The notes: generated by a model from the letters alone, not told the origin. A stretch of DNA of 64,000 bases from Cytophagia bacterium (GCA_004294005.1 RDZP01000002.1:2272-66271); one strand, 5' to 3'. Shown: positions 1-8,489, counted from the stretch's first letter. Translations and numbers: made by a program.

Positions 1-320
1 CTTTCGAGGTCTGCCCAAAAGAAATTTAAAGCAACAAAAGGATTATGATACATATCTTGTCCTTTTTTACTTTGATAATTCGTAAAAAAAACGAAACCAT
101 CTTTTTGTACTTCTTTCAATAACACAATTCTCGAACTTGGGTAATTATTTTTCGTGATTGTGGATAAATTCATAGCTGTTGGCTCTGTAATTTGTGCATT
201 GATGGCTTCTTCGAGCCATATATTGAATTGTGAAAAAGGATTTGAATTGACTTCTTTTTCGTCTAAAGTTTGTAAGCTATAGTCTTTTCTTATCGCTGAA
301 ATATCTTGTTGATTTGACAT
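1..320 (-). CDS. pdxH: pyridoxamine 5'-phosphate oxidase, N-terminal part (3' end runs off the window start)
   Basis: Not in the ORF track because it is truncated. Reverse-strand translation from the ATG at 318-320 gives MSNQQDISAIRKDYSLQTLDEKEVNSNPFSQFNIWLEEAINAQITEPTAMNLSTITKNNYPSSRIVLLKEVQKDGFVFFTNYQSKKGQDMYHNPFVALNFFWADLER. This is collinear with the N-terminal half of E. coli PdxH (PTAM, RIVLLK, FYTN..S.K, ..F.W..LERQ blocks). Confidence 0.85.
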   Translation of the reverse strand, partial: MSNQQDISAIRKDYSLQTLDEKEVNSNPFSQFNIWLEEAINAQITEPTAMNLSTITKNNYPSSRIVLLKEVQKDGFVFFTNYQSKKGQDMYHNPFVALNFFWADLE

Positions 321-599
321 TGGAAATAAAAATAAATAATGAAATAATTTTTATTTTGATAACATTTTTTTTTTGTATTTCGTTGCTAAAAATAAAATAA
401 CTCAATTAAAAATAACATAAAAAAAATTGAAATAAAAAAGAAAACCTATTTTTTTAGTTACAAAATCAATCTTTTTCAAAATATAATAAAAATAGTAGAA
501 AAAAAATAATAGAAAAATTTTTTTATTTAATTTGTATTTTTTAACTTGCACTAAAATTAATAAATTATTCTAATTATTCACATTTTAATTTCTATTATT

Positions 600-959
600 A
601 TGCAAAAAATAACAAAACTATCAGTTATTTTATTATTAGTTGTTTTTATGACAGCTTGCGGTGGCGGCGGTCCAAAAGCAAAAATTCTTGGAAAATGGTC
701 TTTTATAAGTGTAGATGGTAAAACTGATTTACCAAAAGCTTTCAAATCAGCATCATTGGATTTCACTAAAGATGGAAACGCTGTTATGTTTGATGGTGAT
801 AAAAACCAAAAAGCCTCTTGGGAATTTGACAAAGAAGGTAAAACTTTAACTTTGAAATCAAGTAAAAATGAAATGAAGTTTACAGAATTTAGTTTCAAGG
901 ATAAAAATAAAATTGAGTTCAATTGGAACGGAAAAATGGCTGTAATGGAGAAAAAATAA
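600..959 (+). CDS. small lipoprotein, unknown function
   Basis: ATG start. Signal peptide plus lipobox (LLLVVFMTAC followed by GGGG). 119 aa, followed by a clean terminator. No family recognised. Confidence 0.6.
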   Translation: MQKITKLSVILLLVVFMTACGGGGPKAKILGKWSFISVDGKTDLPKAFKSASLDFTKDGNAVMFDGDKNQKASWEFDKEGKTLTLKSSKNEMKFTEFSFKDKNKIEFNWNGKMAVMEKK

Positions 960-982
960 TTCTCTTGTTGCACAACACAATA

Positions 983-1029
983 AAAAACCTTCAATTTTCT
1001 AAATAATTTTGAAGGTTTTTTGTGTTTTA
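983..1029 (+). terminator. Rho-independent terminator
   Basis: Perfect 12-bp stem AAAAACCTTCAA (983-994) / TTGAAGGTTTTT (1009-1020) followed by T-rich TGTGTTTT. It lies about 25 nt after the stop of the 600-959 CDS. Confidence 0.7.
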
Positions 1030-1053
1030 TAACTATCAATAAAAAAATAAAAA

Positions 1054-2289
1054 ATGACAGAAGAAAAAAATAGTTACTTTTCCATTCTAAATCCTGAAGT
1101 GCAACAATTTATTCGAGAAAATGAAAAAATTGATGTTGTCAGTTTACTATTAAAAAAAAATAAAAAAAATTGGGAATGGAATGAAATCGCCACACAAATT
1201 GAAGGGCGAAAAAAATTAGCACAAAAAATAAATAGTTGGTACAATGATACCACAATTATCACACAAAAATTAGCCTTAGAGCAATGCAGCAGCGAAAATA
1301 TCGCACAATTAAAAGCAAAATTGATAGGAAACGGAAAAAAGTTGATAGATTTGACAGGTGGTTTTGGCGTAGATACTTATTTTTTGGGACAAAATTTTCA
1401 GGAAGTTATCCATATCGAACCCAATGAAGATTTGCAAAATATTGTAAAATATAATTTTGAACAATTAAATTTTAAAAATATTACTTTTTTGAACCAAAAA
1501 GCAGAAGAATATTTGGAAAATAATCTATTACAAAGTGATGATACAATTTATATAGACCCTTCACGCAGAGATGCACAAGGACAAAAAGTTTTTTTTTGGA
1601 AAGATTTGTTACCTAATGTATTGCAAATCTGGCATCATTTCAAAAAAGTACAAAAAATAATGATAAAAACTTCTCCCTTGATTGATATTACACAAGGAAT
1701 CAATGAAATTCCTGAAAAACCAAGTACTGTTTTTATCATCGGTACAAAAAATGAAGTCAAAGAAGTTGTGTTTTTTTGGGAAAATAGAAATGAAATCAAT
1801 CAAAATGATACAAAAATAGAAATATTTACTATAGACAATACAACAAAATATCATTTGAGCATAGATACAACGACTGAAAAAAACACAAAAGTTGAATATG
1901 ATTTTCCTAAAAAATATTTGTATGAGCCTTTTCCTGCCATTTTGAAAGCAGGTGCTTTTCAATATTTTGCTCAAAAATATAATCTAAAAAAATTACATTT
2001 ACATACACATCTGTACACAAGTGAAGCGTTATGTGAGGACGCACAAGGGCGAATTTTTGAAATCGAAAGCATTTGTCAATACAATAAAAAAGAAATTCAA
2101 CGATTTTTGCCTGATAAAAAAGCCAATATCACCATTAGAAATTTTCCTGAAAATGTAGCACAAATCAGAAAAAAATTAGCATTGACAGAAGGTGGAAACC
2201 GATATATCTTTGCTTGTAAAAATAAAGAAGATAAACTAATATTGATTATTTGTAAAAAAATAGATGAAAAAAAAATAAATTTTTTATAA
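1054..2289 (+). CDS. class I SAM-dependent methyltransferase (THUMP-like C-terminal region family)
   Basis: 411 aa. Rossmann motif I-like LIDLTGGFGVDTYFL and a later IYIDPSRR acidic motif. The length and layout resemble a widespread Bacteroidota methyltransferase family. The substrate is unknown. Confidence 0.55.
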   Translation: MTEEKNSYFSILNPEVQQFIRENEKIDVVSLLLKKNKKNWEWNEIATQIEGRKKLAQKINSWYNDTTIITQKLALEQCSSENIAQLKAKLIGNGKKLIDLTGGFGVDTYFLGQNFQEVIHIEPNEDLQNIVKYNFEQLNFKNITFLNQKAEEYLENNLLQSDDTIYIDPSRRDAQGQKVFFWKDLLPNVLQIWHHFKKVQKIMIKTSPLIDITQGINEIPEKPSTVFIIGTKNEVKEVVFFWENRNEINQNDTKIEIFTIDNTTKYHLSIDTTTEKNTKVEYDFPKKYLYEPFPAILKAGAFQYFAQKYNLKKLHLHTHLYTSEALCEDAQGRIFEIESICQYNKKEIQRFLPDKKANITIRNFPENVAQIRKKLALTEGGNRYIFACKNKEDKLILIICKKIDEKKINFL

Positions 2290-2446
2290 TTCTAAATTAT
2301 TGATAATCAATGTATTAAATTCAAAAAATAATGACTGATAAAAATATTCTTATTTTTTTTGAAATCGCTTGCAACCTTTTATTGCCTTTTTGTTTCTTAT
2401 CTATGAAAGCGAACAACAAAAGACTTCAACTTATTTATTCAATGCA

Positions 2447-3007
2447 ATGGTAAAAATAACAGAAACCGAACTTATTAAAGGATGTAAAAAAAATAATCCA
2501 AAAGTACAACGGCAACTTTATGAAATGTATTCAGGACGTATGCTTGCTATTTGTAGGCGATACATCAAGCATACAGATGAGGCAGAGGAAATAATGGTGA
2601 ATGGTTTTTTGAAAGTTTTTGATAAAATTGAGCAGTTCAAATCAGAAGGAAGTTTTGAAGGTTGGATAAAAAAAATTATGGTTTTTGAAGCGTTGAATCA
2701 TCTAAGGAAACAAAAAATGGTTTTTGTGGAAATAGAAGCAGCACAATACAATGAAAATATTGATTATAGCAATGCTCAGACTCATTTAGAGGTGCAAGAT
2801 TTGATGAATTTGTTAGATGAATTGCCTGCGGGCTATCGTACAGTTTTTAATTTATATGCAATAGAAGGTTATTCTCATCAAGAAATTGCAGAAATGTTAC
2901 AAATATCAGAAAGTACTTCAAAATCTCAATTATCAAGGGCAAGAGTGCATTTACAAAAAAAAGTAGGAGACTTAAACGAAAATTTAAAATTGCAATATGG
3001 CAAATAA
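2447..3007 (+). CDS. RNA polymerase ECF-type sigma-70 family factor
   Basis: Region 2 (QRQLYEMYSGRMLAICRRYI...EAEEIMVNGFLKVF) and region 4 HTH (GYSHQEIAEMLQISESTSKSQLSRARVHLQKK). The track ORF begins at a TTG at 2369. I prefer the ATG at 2447 (MVKITETELIKGC), which gives a typical ECF length of 186 aa. Confidence 0.85.
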   Translation: MVKITETELIKGCKKNNPKVQRQLYEMYSGRMLAICRRYIKHTDEAEEIMVNGFLKVFDKIEQFKSEGSFEGWIKKIMVFEALNHLRKQKMVFVEIEAAQYNENIDYSNAQTHLEVQDLMNLLDELPAGYRTVFNLYAIEGYSHQEIAEMLQISESTSKSQLSRARVHLQKKVGDLNENLKLQYGK

Positions 3008-3752
3008 AAAAGATAAATTAGATGAAATTTTTGCTTCAAAATTAGCAAAAAATGAAATAAAACCTTCTGCAAAAGCGTGGGATAGATTATCTTTGGCTAT
3101 TGATGATAAAAAATCTAATCATAAAAATCGCCAATATATTTGGTGGATTTTGATAATGACAGGTTTATTAGGAAGTGTAAGTATTGCAAATGTAATGTAT
3201 AATAATACTTTGAAGAATGATAAAAATACATCAATAAAAAGCGTTAATCAAAATAATATCAATGCTAAAAAAGATGAGAATTATCAAAATCAAAACTTAA
3301 AAAATAACAATAATCAAAATAATAATAATAACAATAATCAAAATTACACAACAACATCTCCAATCAAAGATGAAAATGTAAATAATTATCAAACAAAAAA
3401 TGTTGATAAAAAAAATAAAAAAAATAACCAAAAATCAGTTGAAAATAAAACTGAAAAAAATAAAACTGACAATGAAACAAATACTAAAAAAATTGTAGAA
3501 AATGAAATAAGTAATCAAAAAAATGATGAAAAAACGGATATACAACCTAAAAAAGAGGAGAAAATCGATAATATCGATGAACTCAAAATAAAAGTAAGTG
3601 TAAAAATCAATAAAAATACGCCTAAAACGGCAGAATCACAAGCAAGTGGTCAGGAAATATCTGAAAGACCAAAAGGCTTGAAAAGAATTTTCAAAAATGA
3701 TTCTTTAAAATCAAAAGTAAAAGATATTTTCAAACGAAAAAATACAAATTAG
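2997..3752 (+). CDS. membrane protein, probable anti-sigma factor partner (low-complexity Asn/Lys-rich C-terminal region)
   Basis: The start overlaps the sigma factor stop (ATGGCAAATAA). It has a short cytoplasmic N-terminus with a W..L motif (KAWDRLSLAI), then one TM helix (YIWWILIMTGLLGSVSIANV), then an N/K/Q-rich tail. The position and topology are typical of ECF anti-sigma proteins. There is no sequence-family evidence. Confidence 0.45.
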   Translation: MANKKDKLDEIFASKLAKNEIKPSAKAWDRLSLAIDDKKSNHKNRQYIWWILIMTGLLGSVSIANVMYNNTLKNDKNTSIKSVNQNNINAKKDENYQNQNLKNNNNQNNNNNNNQNYTTTSPIKDENVNNYQTKNVDKKNKKNNQKSVENKTEKNKTDNETNTKKIVENEISNQKNDEKTDIQPKKEEKIDNIDELKIKVSVKINKNTPKTAESQASGQEISERPKGLKRIFKNDSLKSKVKDIFKRKNTN

Positions 3753-3800
3753 AAAATATCAAAAGTAAAATTTAAAAATAAAAAAAAATTCCATATAACT

Positions 3801-4817
3801 ATGAAAAAATCATTTTTTTGGCTAATCCTTACTTTGTTAGGAATAGCCCTCGAAACTCACGCTCAAGATACAATTACGATTGATATGAACAATAGGGCAA
3901 AAATCTTAGTCATCGCTAAAGACAAAGAAGCATTGAAAGCATTACGAAGAATTGATGTCAATAAAATTGTAAGAGAAGCAATGGAAAGTTTGGACAGCAC
4001 AGAAATCAATAATAATACTGCAAAAGTGTTTGAATATGATTTGGGAGCAGATGGTTGGGAACTCAATTTACGTAAACAAATTGATAGAGAAATTGAAGCA
4101 AATAAAGATGGAAAAGTCAATTCAATGAGTTTTAATTGGAAAGGTTCAAGAAAAAATACTAATACAAATTCAAGGGTTTCAAATTTTTGGTCTATAGATT
4201 TAGGTTTGAATAATTACACTGAAAATGGAAGTATTCCAAGTGGAAAACCTTATACTTTGAGTACAATCGGCTCACGTTATTTTGCTTTGGGCTGGCACAA
4301 AAGATTTAGAGTAGGTGGTAATAATAGTCCTTTGCGTATGCAAATTGGCGTAGAAGCAAGTTGGTATAATTTTGTATTTACGAATAATAATTACTTGACG
4401 ATGCGTCCTGATGCTAATAATTTAAGCCAAAATAAAATAGAATACAGAGATTATCAAAGCGATTTTCAAAAGGGATTAAGTAAAAGTAAATTGACAGCTA
4501 TGTATTTGAATATTCCTTTTAACGTGCATTTTAGAATTAAAAAAACAAATTCAAATCAAACCGCTTTTCGTATAGGCGTGGGTGGATATGTAGGATATAG
4601 ATTGGATTCATATTCAAAACGTAAATTTGACAGTCGCCCTGAAAGAGAAAGAAATAATTTTTATTTGAATGATATTCGTTATGGTTATGAGGCTTTTGTT
4701 GGTTTTGATGATGATTTTATGTTATTTTTTAAACAAGATATAAATTCATTGTTTGTGCCTGATGCCAATCGTCCTGATTTAAAAGCCTTTACGGTTGGCG
4801 TGAAATGGATGCTTTAA
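3801..4817 (+). CDS. outer-membrane beta-barrel (porin-family/PorT-like) protein
   Basis: Signal peptide (LILTLLGIALETHAQ). The C-terminal part has alternating aromatic/hydrophobic strands and ends ...FTVGVKWML. It is the third gene of the sigma / anti-sigma unit. Confidence 0.5.
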   Translation: MKKSFFWLILTLLGIALETHAQDTITIDMNNRAKILVIAKDKEALKALRRIDVNKIVREAMESLDSTEINNNTAKVFEYDLGADGWELNLRKQIDREIEANKDGKVNSMSFNWKGSRKNTNTNSRVSNFWSIDLGLNNYTENGSIPSGKPYTLSTIGSRYFALGWHKRFRVGGNNSPLRMQIGVEASWYNFVFTNNNYLTMRPDANNLSQNKIEYRDYQSDFQKGLSKSKLTAMYLNIPFNVHFRIKKTNSNQTAFRIGVGGYVGYRLDSYSKRKFDSRPERERNNFYLNDIRYGYEAFVGFDDDFMLFFKQDINSLFVPDANRPDLKAFTVGVKWML

Positions 4818-4825
4818 TAAATAGA

Positions 4826-4865
4826 TTCAAACATTATAGAAGTTTTTGCAATGTTTGAATTTTTA
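4826..4865 (+). terminator. Rho-independent terminator
   Basis: Perfect 10-bp stem TTCAAACATT (4826-4835) / AATGTTTGAA (4850-4859) followed by TTTTT. It lies 9 nt after the stop of the 3801-4817 CDS. Confidence 0.7.
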
Positions 4866-4937
4866 TTTATTTTGATATAATTGGATTTATTTTTCGCCCT
4901 TGCTTGTATTCTCACAAGCGAAGGCGATGGATTATGA

Positions 4938-6224
4938 TTAAAATCCTTCAAAAAAATCTTTAATCAATCCAAAAACTTCTTTGTATTTTGTTAAAGGTAG
5001 AGTTTCGGCTTTGTCATCAACATCATGATAATAACTCACGCCGCCCATTGTATAAAGATAAAATGCTTTTACGCCTTTTTCTACAAAGTGATGATGGTCT
5101 GAATTAGGTGCTTTTCCGCGTGTTTGCAATAGAGAAAGATAATTTTTTTGTTGATTGATTTTTTTTAGTCTTTCAAATTCATCTTTAAAAACAGTACTAT
5201 TGACAATAGTTGCACCCGTATCACCTGTACCAACAATATCCAAATTGAACAAAAATTTAATTTTCTCTAAGGGAATGAGTGGATTTTTTACAAAATGTTC
5301 AGAACCCAACAAGCCTATTTCTTCACCCCCAAAAAGGAAAAAAGCAACAGAATATCGAGGTGGATTTTTTGAAAAATATTCAGCCAAAGCCAATACCATC
5401 GAAACACCGCTTGCATTATCGTTTGCACCCGGAAAATAAGTTGTCTTTCCCATTCTTCCTAAATGGTCATAATGGGCTGAAACTATCAAAAAACTATCTT
5501 TTACTGCACTTCCTTCGATATAACCTAATACATTTTGTGTCGAATAATTATTCAATACTTCAGCATCAACTTCAAAAATTACATTATCATTATTGTTTAT
5601 TTCTTCTTGTAAATTTTGCCAAGCTTGTTTTGTAATTTTGAAATAAGGATTAATTGTTGCATTTTTAGAGATATGTCCAACAGTTCTTTTTCCTTTTACG
5701 ATTTCGATAATTGCTTTTGCTGTATATATTTTTTGTAATAATGCTGAGGGGAATTTTTCTAATTCTTTCTCCATTTTCTCTTCTACCAAAATTACAAAAC
5801 TATTAGCATCAAGTTCTGATAATTCTTTTAACTTCTTTTTACTTTGCATTGCTGATGAATCAAAAATAAATAATTTTCCTTGCCCTTTTCCACTTTTTGA
5901 GGCAGGATCGATAATAAAATCATTGCCTGCTTTTAGTTTTTTATTTCCAATTTGTAATGCCATTCGATTGGGAAATGTATTGACATTAATAGGAAAAGAT
6001 TGAAAATAATTTTGAGTAAATGGTTTTACATTCAATTTTTTGAATTCGTTTTTAATATAATTGGCAGCTTTTTTATCACCTTTTTTTACATAACCACGTC
6101 CATGCATAGTAGCTGAAGTCAAATTTTGAAGATTTTTTTTTACTTGATTCATATCTTGTGCTTGGATATGCAGTAAAAAAAACATAAAAATAAAAATAAA
6201 AATAAAAAATAGTTTGGAATACAT
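4938..6224 (-). CDS. M28 family zinc aminopeptidase (secreted)
   Basis: Signal peptide. M28 blocks VSAHYDHLG, GANDNASGVSMVLALAEYF, FLFGGEEIGLLGSEHF and SDHHHF. Confidence 0.85.
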   Translation of the reverse strand: MYSKLFFIFIFIFMFFLLHIQAQDMNQVKKNLQNLTSATMHGRGYVKKGDKKAANYIKNEFKKLNVKPFTQNYFQSFPINVNTFPNRMALQIGNKKLKAGNDFIIDPASKSGKGQGKLFIFDSSAMQSKKKLKELSELDANSFVILVEEKMEKELEKFPSALLQKIYTAKAIIEIVKGKRTVGHISKNATINPYFKITKQAWQNLQEEINNNDNVIFEVDAEVLNNYSTQNVLGYIEGSAVKDSFLIVSAHYDHLGRMGKTTYFPGANDNASGVSMVLALAEYFSKNPPRYSVAFFLFGGEEIGLLGSEHFVKNPLIPLEKIKFLFNLDIVGTGDTGATIVNSTVFKDEFERLKKINQQKNYLSLLQTRGKAPNSDHHHFVEKGVKAFYLYTMGGVSYYHDVDDKAETLPLTKYKEVFGLIKDFFEGF

Positions 6225-6318
6225 ATTTTATTCAATTTTAAATTAAAAAAAAATCAGAATGGGTTGATAAGAAAAATTAGCATTTTTTACATCAGTTTCA
6301 TCAGTATTCCAAAACCAT

Positions 6319-6430
6319 AGAACGCTGATAAAACTGATTTTCAAACGCGGATTTTTATTAGTGTTTTTAAAATAGATAAAGTTTTTGTATGCTTATAACG
6401 CTGATTTTTACGGATTTAAACAGATTTTTT
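6319..6430. repeat. dispersed intergenic repeat (AACGCTGAT...ACGGATTT family), two degenerate tandem units
   Basis: Unit 6388-6430 (gtatgcttATAACGCTGATTTTTACGGATTTAAACAGATTTTT) matches the reverse complement of 22116-22157 at about 33/35 positions in the core. A more degenerate unit lies at 6319-6360. Confidence 0.7.
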
Positions 6431-6576
6431 TCTTTTTTCTGTTAAATTTTAGTGTTTTTTATAAATTTTTACCTTTCATTTTAAAAACGCTAATACAAAG
6501 AAAAGTTCTTATAATTTTTATCAACAAAAATCTAAGAACTTTTAAATTATTTCAATAATAATAGTAGCACAAAATA

Positions 6577-7605
6577 TTATTCTTCCATCAAAACAGGTTT
6601 GTAATTCTGTAAATCTCTCAAAGCAATACCTGTACCACGTACAACTGCTTTCAAAGGGTCATCAGCAATATGAATTGGCAATTTTGTTTTTTGAGAAAGG
6701 CGTTTGTCCAAACCTTTGAGTAATGCACCACCACCTGTCAAATGAATACCATTATTATAAATATCTGCACATAATTCAGGCGGCGTATTTTCTAATGTAT
6801 TCAAAACAGCATCTTCAATTTTTGCTACTGATTTATCCAAGCAAAAAGCCATTTCAGTATAAGAAACTTTAAGCGTTTTTGGGATACCTGTCATCAAATC
6901 ACGTCCATATACTTCGAAATCTGGTGGTGGAATATCCAATTCAGATAACGCAGAACCAACCGCCATTTTGATTTGCTCTGCAGAACGTTCTCCAATATAA
7001 AGATTGTGTTGCCTTCTCATGTATTCTTGAATATCGTGTGTAAATACATCACCTGCTACTTTGATAGATTTTTCACAGACAATTCCTGATAAAGAAATAA
7101 CTGCAATTTCGGTTGTGCCACCACCAATATCTACAATCATCGAACCCATTGGGTCTTCGATATTGATACCAATTCCTATGGCTGCTGCGATAGGTTCGTG
7201 AATCATATAAACCTCTCTTGCTCCTGTATGTTCTGCGGCTTCTTTTACGGCGCGTTTTTCTACTTCCGTAATTCCTGATGGAATACAAATGACCATTCTA
7301 TAAGAAGGGGTAAAAAATCTTGAACCTATATTCAACATTTTAATCATTCCTTTTATCATTTGTTCGGCTGCACTAAAATCTGCAATTACTCCATCTTTGA
7401 GTGGTCTGATAGTTCTAATATTATCGTGTGTTTTTTCATACATCAACATTGCTTGTCTTCCTATCGCAATTACTTTGTCTGTCTTGCGGTCTTTTGCGAT
7501 AATAGAAGGCTCATCAATCACAATTTTATCTTTATAAATTATCAGTGTGTTTGCCGTACCCAAATCAATGGCAATATCAGCAGAAAAGAAATCTCTTAAA
7601 CCCAT
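6577..7605 (-). CDS. mreB: rod shape-determining actin homologue MreB
   Basis: Actin-fold phosphate and adenosine motifs (DLGTANT, DIGGGTTE, LTGGGALL). 342 aa. No mreC/mreD downstream in this window. Confidence 0.95.
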   Translation of the reverse strand: MGLRDFFSADIAIDLGTANTLIIYKDKIVIDEPSIIAKDRKTDKVIAIGRQAMLMYEKTHDNIRTIRPLKDGVIADFSAAEQMIKGMIKMLNIGSRFFTPSYRMVICIPSGITEVEKRAVKEAAEHTGAREVYMIHEPIAAAIGIGINIEDPMGSMIVDIGGGTTEIAVISLSGIVCEKSIKVAGDVFTHDIQEYMRRQHNLYIGERSAEQIKMAVGSALSELDIPPPDFEVYGRDLMTGIPKTLKVSYTEMAFCLDKSVAKIEDAVLNTLENTPPELCADIYNNGIHLTGGGALLKGLDKRLSQKTKLPIHIADDPLKAVVRGTGIALRDLQNYKPVLMEE

Positions 7606-7658
7606 CGTATTCTTTTATTATTACTTTATTTTTTTATAATCTTTACAACTTTTTTTTG

Positions 7659-7666
7659 CAAAGGTA
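7659..7666 (-). promoter_or_regulatory. candidate Bacteroidota -7 promoter box (TACCTTTG) for mreB
   Basis: The minus-strand sequence TACCTTTGCAAAA fits the TAnnTTTG consensus exactly. It lies 54 nt upstream of the mreB ATG. Confidence 0.45.
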
Positions 7667-7778
7667 GTAAAAAATATTTTAATAATTTGAAAACATTTTT
7701 TTTTTTAATATTTTAGATTCAATTTTAAATGATTATGTATTAATGATGAAATAAAAAAGTGAAAAGATACTATTTTCT

Positions 7779-7861
7779 GATAACTATGGAAGTCTTCAAA
7801 AAAGATGTTTGTAGTAACATAAATACTGTAGCAAAGTATTTTAGAGATTCCCGCAGTCATC
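7779..7861. mobile_element. 83-bp MITE-like palindromic element (compact relative of 62281-62595)
   Basis: The reverse complement begins GATGACTGCGGGAATCTCTAAAATACTTTGC, which is 28/31 identical to 62281-62311. It ends CAAACATCTTTTTTGAAGACTTCCATAGTTATC, which is about 26/33 identical to 62562-62595. The two arms are imperfectly complementary to each other. Confidence 0.6.
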
Positions 7862-7870
7862 AGTAGATTA

Positions 7871-7909
7871 TAAAAAAAAGATTTTGATTCTTAACAAATC
7901 AAAATCTTT
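7871..7909 (-). terminator. orphan Rho-independent terminator (minus-strand orientation)
   Basis: Perfect 13-bp stem (7877-7889 AAAGATTTTGATT / 7897-7909 AATCAAAATCTTT) with a 7-nt loop. On the minus strand it is followed by a run of T (complement of the A-run at 7872-7879). No minus-strand gene lies upstream of it. Confidence 0.5.
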
Positions 7910-8064
7910 AATTGTAACAGCAAGTGTGTGGTGAGTATTTTTTCAATACTTTGTGCGCACTTATGCGATTGCAAACATAAACCAAATTTTTTAAATAAAC
8001 AAATAAAATGAAAAATAAATTTTTTATTTTTATCACAAATTTAGAAAATAATTGAGTAAAATAT

Positions 8065-8111
8065 TGTATTTCTCAAAAAAAATATTCATTTTTGCAACAT
8101 TGTTGCATTTA
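8065..8111 (+). promoter_or_regulatory. 47-bp conserved promoter/operator block, copy 1, with 7-1-7 palindrome TGCAACA-T-TGTTGCA (8093-8107)
   Basis: 46/47 identical to 12014-12060. It contains a near-consensus -7 box (CATTTTTG) whose TG starts the perfect palindrome. The palindrome ends 28 nt before the ATG at 8136. Confidence 0.6.
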
Positions 8112-8135
8112 GGTTTTTTCTAAATCCTTTTTTTC

Positions 8136-8489
8136 ATGAGAAATATTGACAGATTTGATTTTTTGGGTGTAATAAGTGCGTCTTTGTGTGCAGTACATTG
8201 TGTTCTTACGCCTTTTTTAATAGTTGTATTTGCCCAAATACCATGGTTATATGGAGCGAGTTATGTGTTTTTGATGATAAGTTTTGTTGCACTTTTTGAA
8301 ACAAGCAAACACAAAGAAATGAATAAAATTTTGTCCTTTCTTTGGTTTTGTTTTGCGTTATTGGCTGTTGCTGTCATTTTTGAGGAGGACTTTCATTGGT
8401 TGCATTACCTCAACTATTTAGCAAGTGCAGGGCTTATTATTGGGCATATTTTGAATATAAAATATTGCCAAGAATGTAAAAAAGATTAA
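8136..8489 (+). CDS. small 4-TM membrane protein, MerC-like (putative metal transport)
   Basis: 117 aa. The first TM helix carries a CAVHC motif and the C-terminus carries a CQEC motif. The topology and size resemble MerC-domain proteins. It is the first gene after the conserved operator block. Confidence 0.45.
   Translation: MRNIDRFDFLGVISASLCAVHCVLTPFLIVVFAQIPWLYGASYVFLMISFVALFETSKHKEMNKILSFLWFCFALLAVAVIFEEDFHWLHYLNYLASAGLIIGHILNIKYCQECKKD

Noticed and set aside
578-1039. Antisense and shadow ORFs in the six-frame track. Examples are 578-1039, 1074-1262, 1609-1974, 3863-4120, 5155-5635, 7073-7599, 8855-9136, 28290-28705, 38304-38862, 45755-46172, 54393-55180, 57480-58231 and 61028-61418.
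   Set aside because: Each lies entirely inside, and opposite to or out of frame with, a longer ORF that carries clear family motifs. Their translations are low-complexity, Phe/Ile/Lys/Leu-rich strings, as expected from AT-rich DNA. None has a signal, motif or independent promoter/terminator context.
2369-2446. N-terminal extensions of track ORFs. These are 2369-2446, 18483-18509, 26346-26396, 29548-29562, 32065-32181, 32603-32650, 42151-42192, 44380-44484, 49354-49455 and 49624-49659.
   Set aside because: The extensions start at TTG/GTG or early ATG codons. They add hydrophobic or low-complexity residues ahead of an ATG that yields a canonical N-terminus or signal peptide. In three cases (32065, 32603, 44380) they overlap the preceding gene, and the 26396 extension begins only 8 nt from a terminator hairpin. 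I used the downstream ATG.
4895-4926. The GC-richer hairpin CGCCCTTGCTTGT-ATTCTC-ACAAGCGAAGGCG, as a possible member of the 25329 palindrome family.
   Set aside because: Similarity is limited to a GGCGAT-like end and is too short to call. It is most simply a second stem in the convergent terminator region between the 3801 and 4938 genes.
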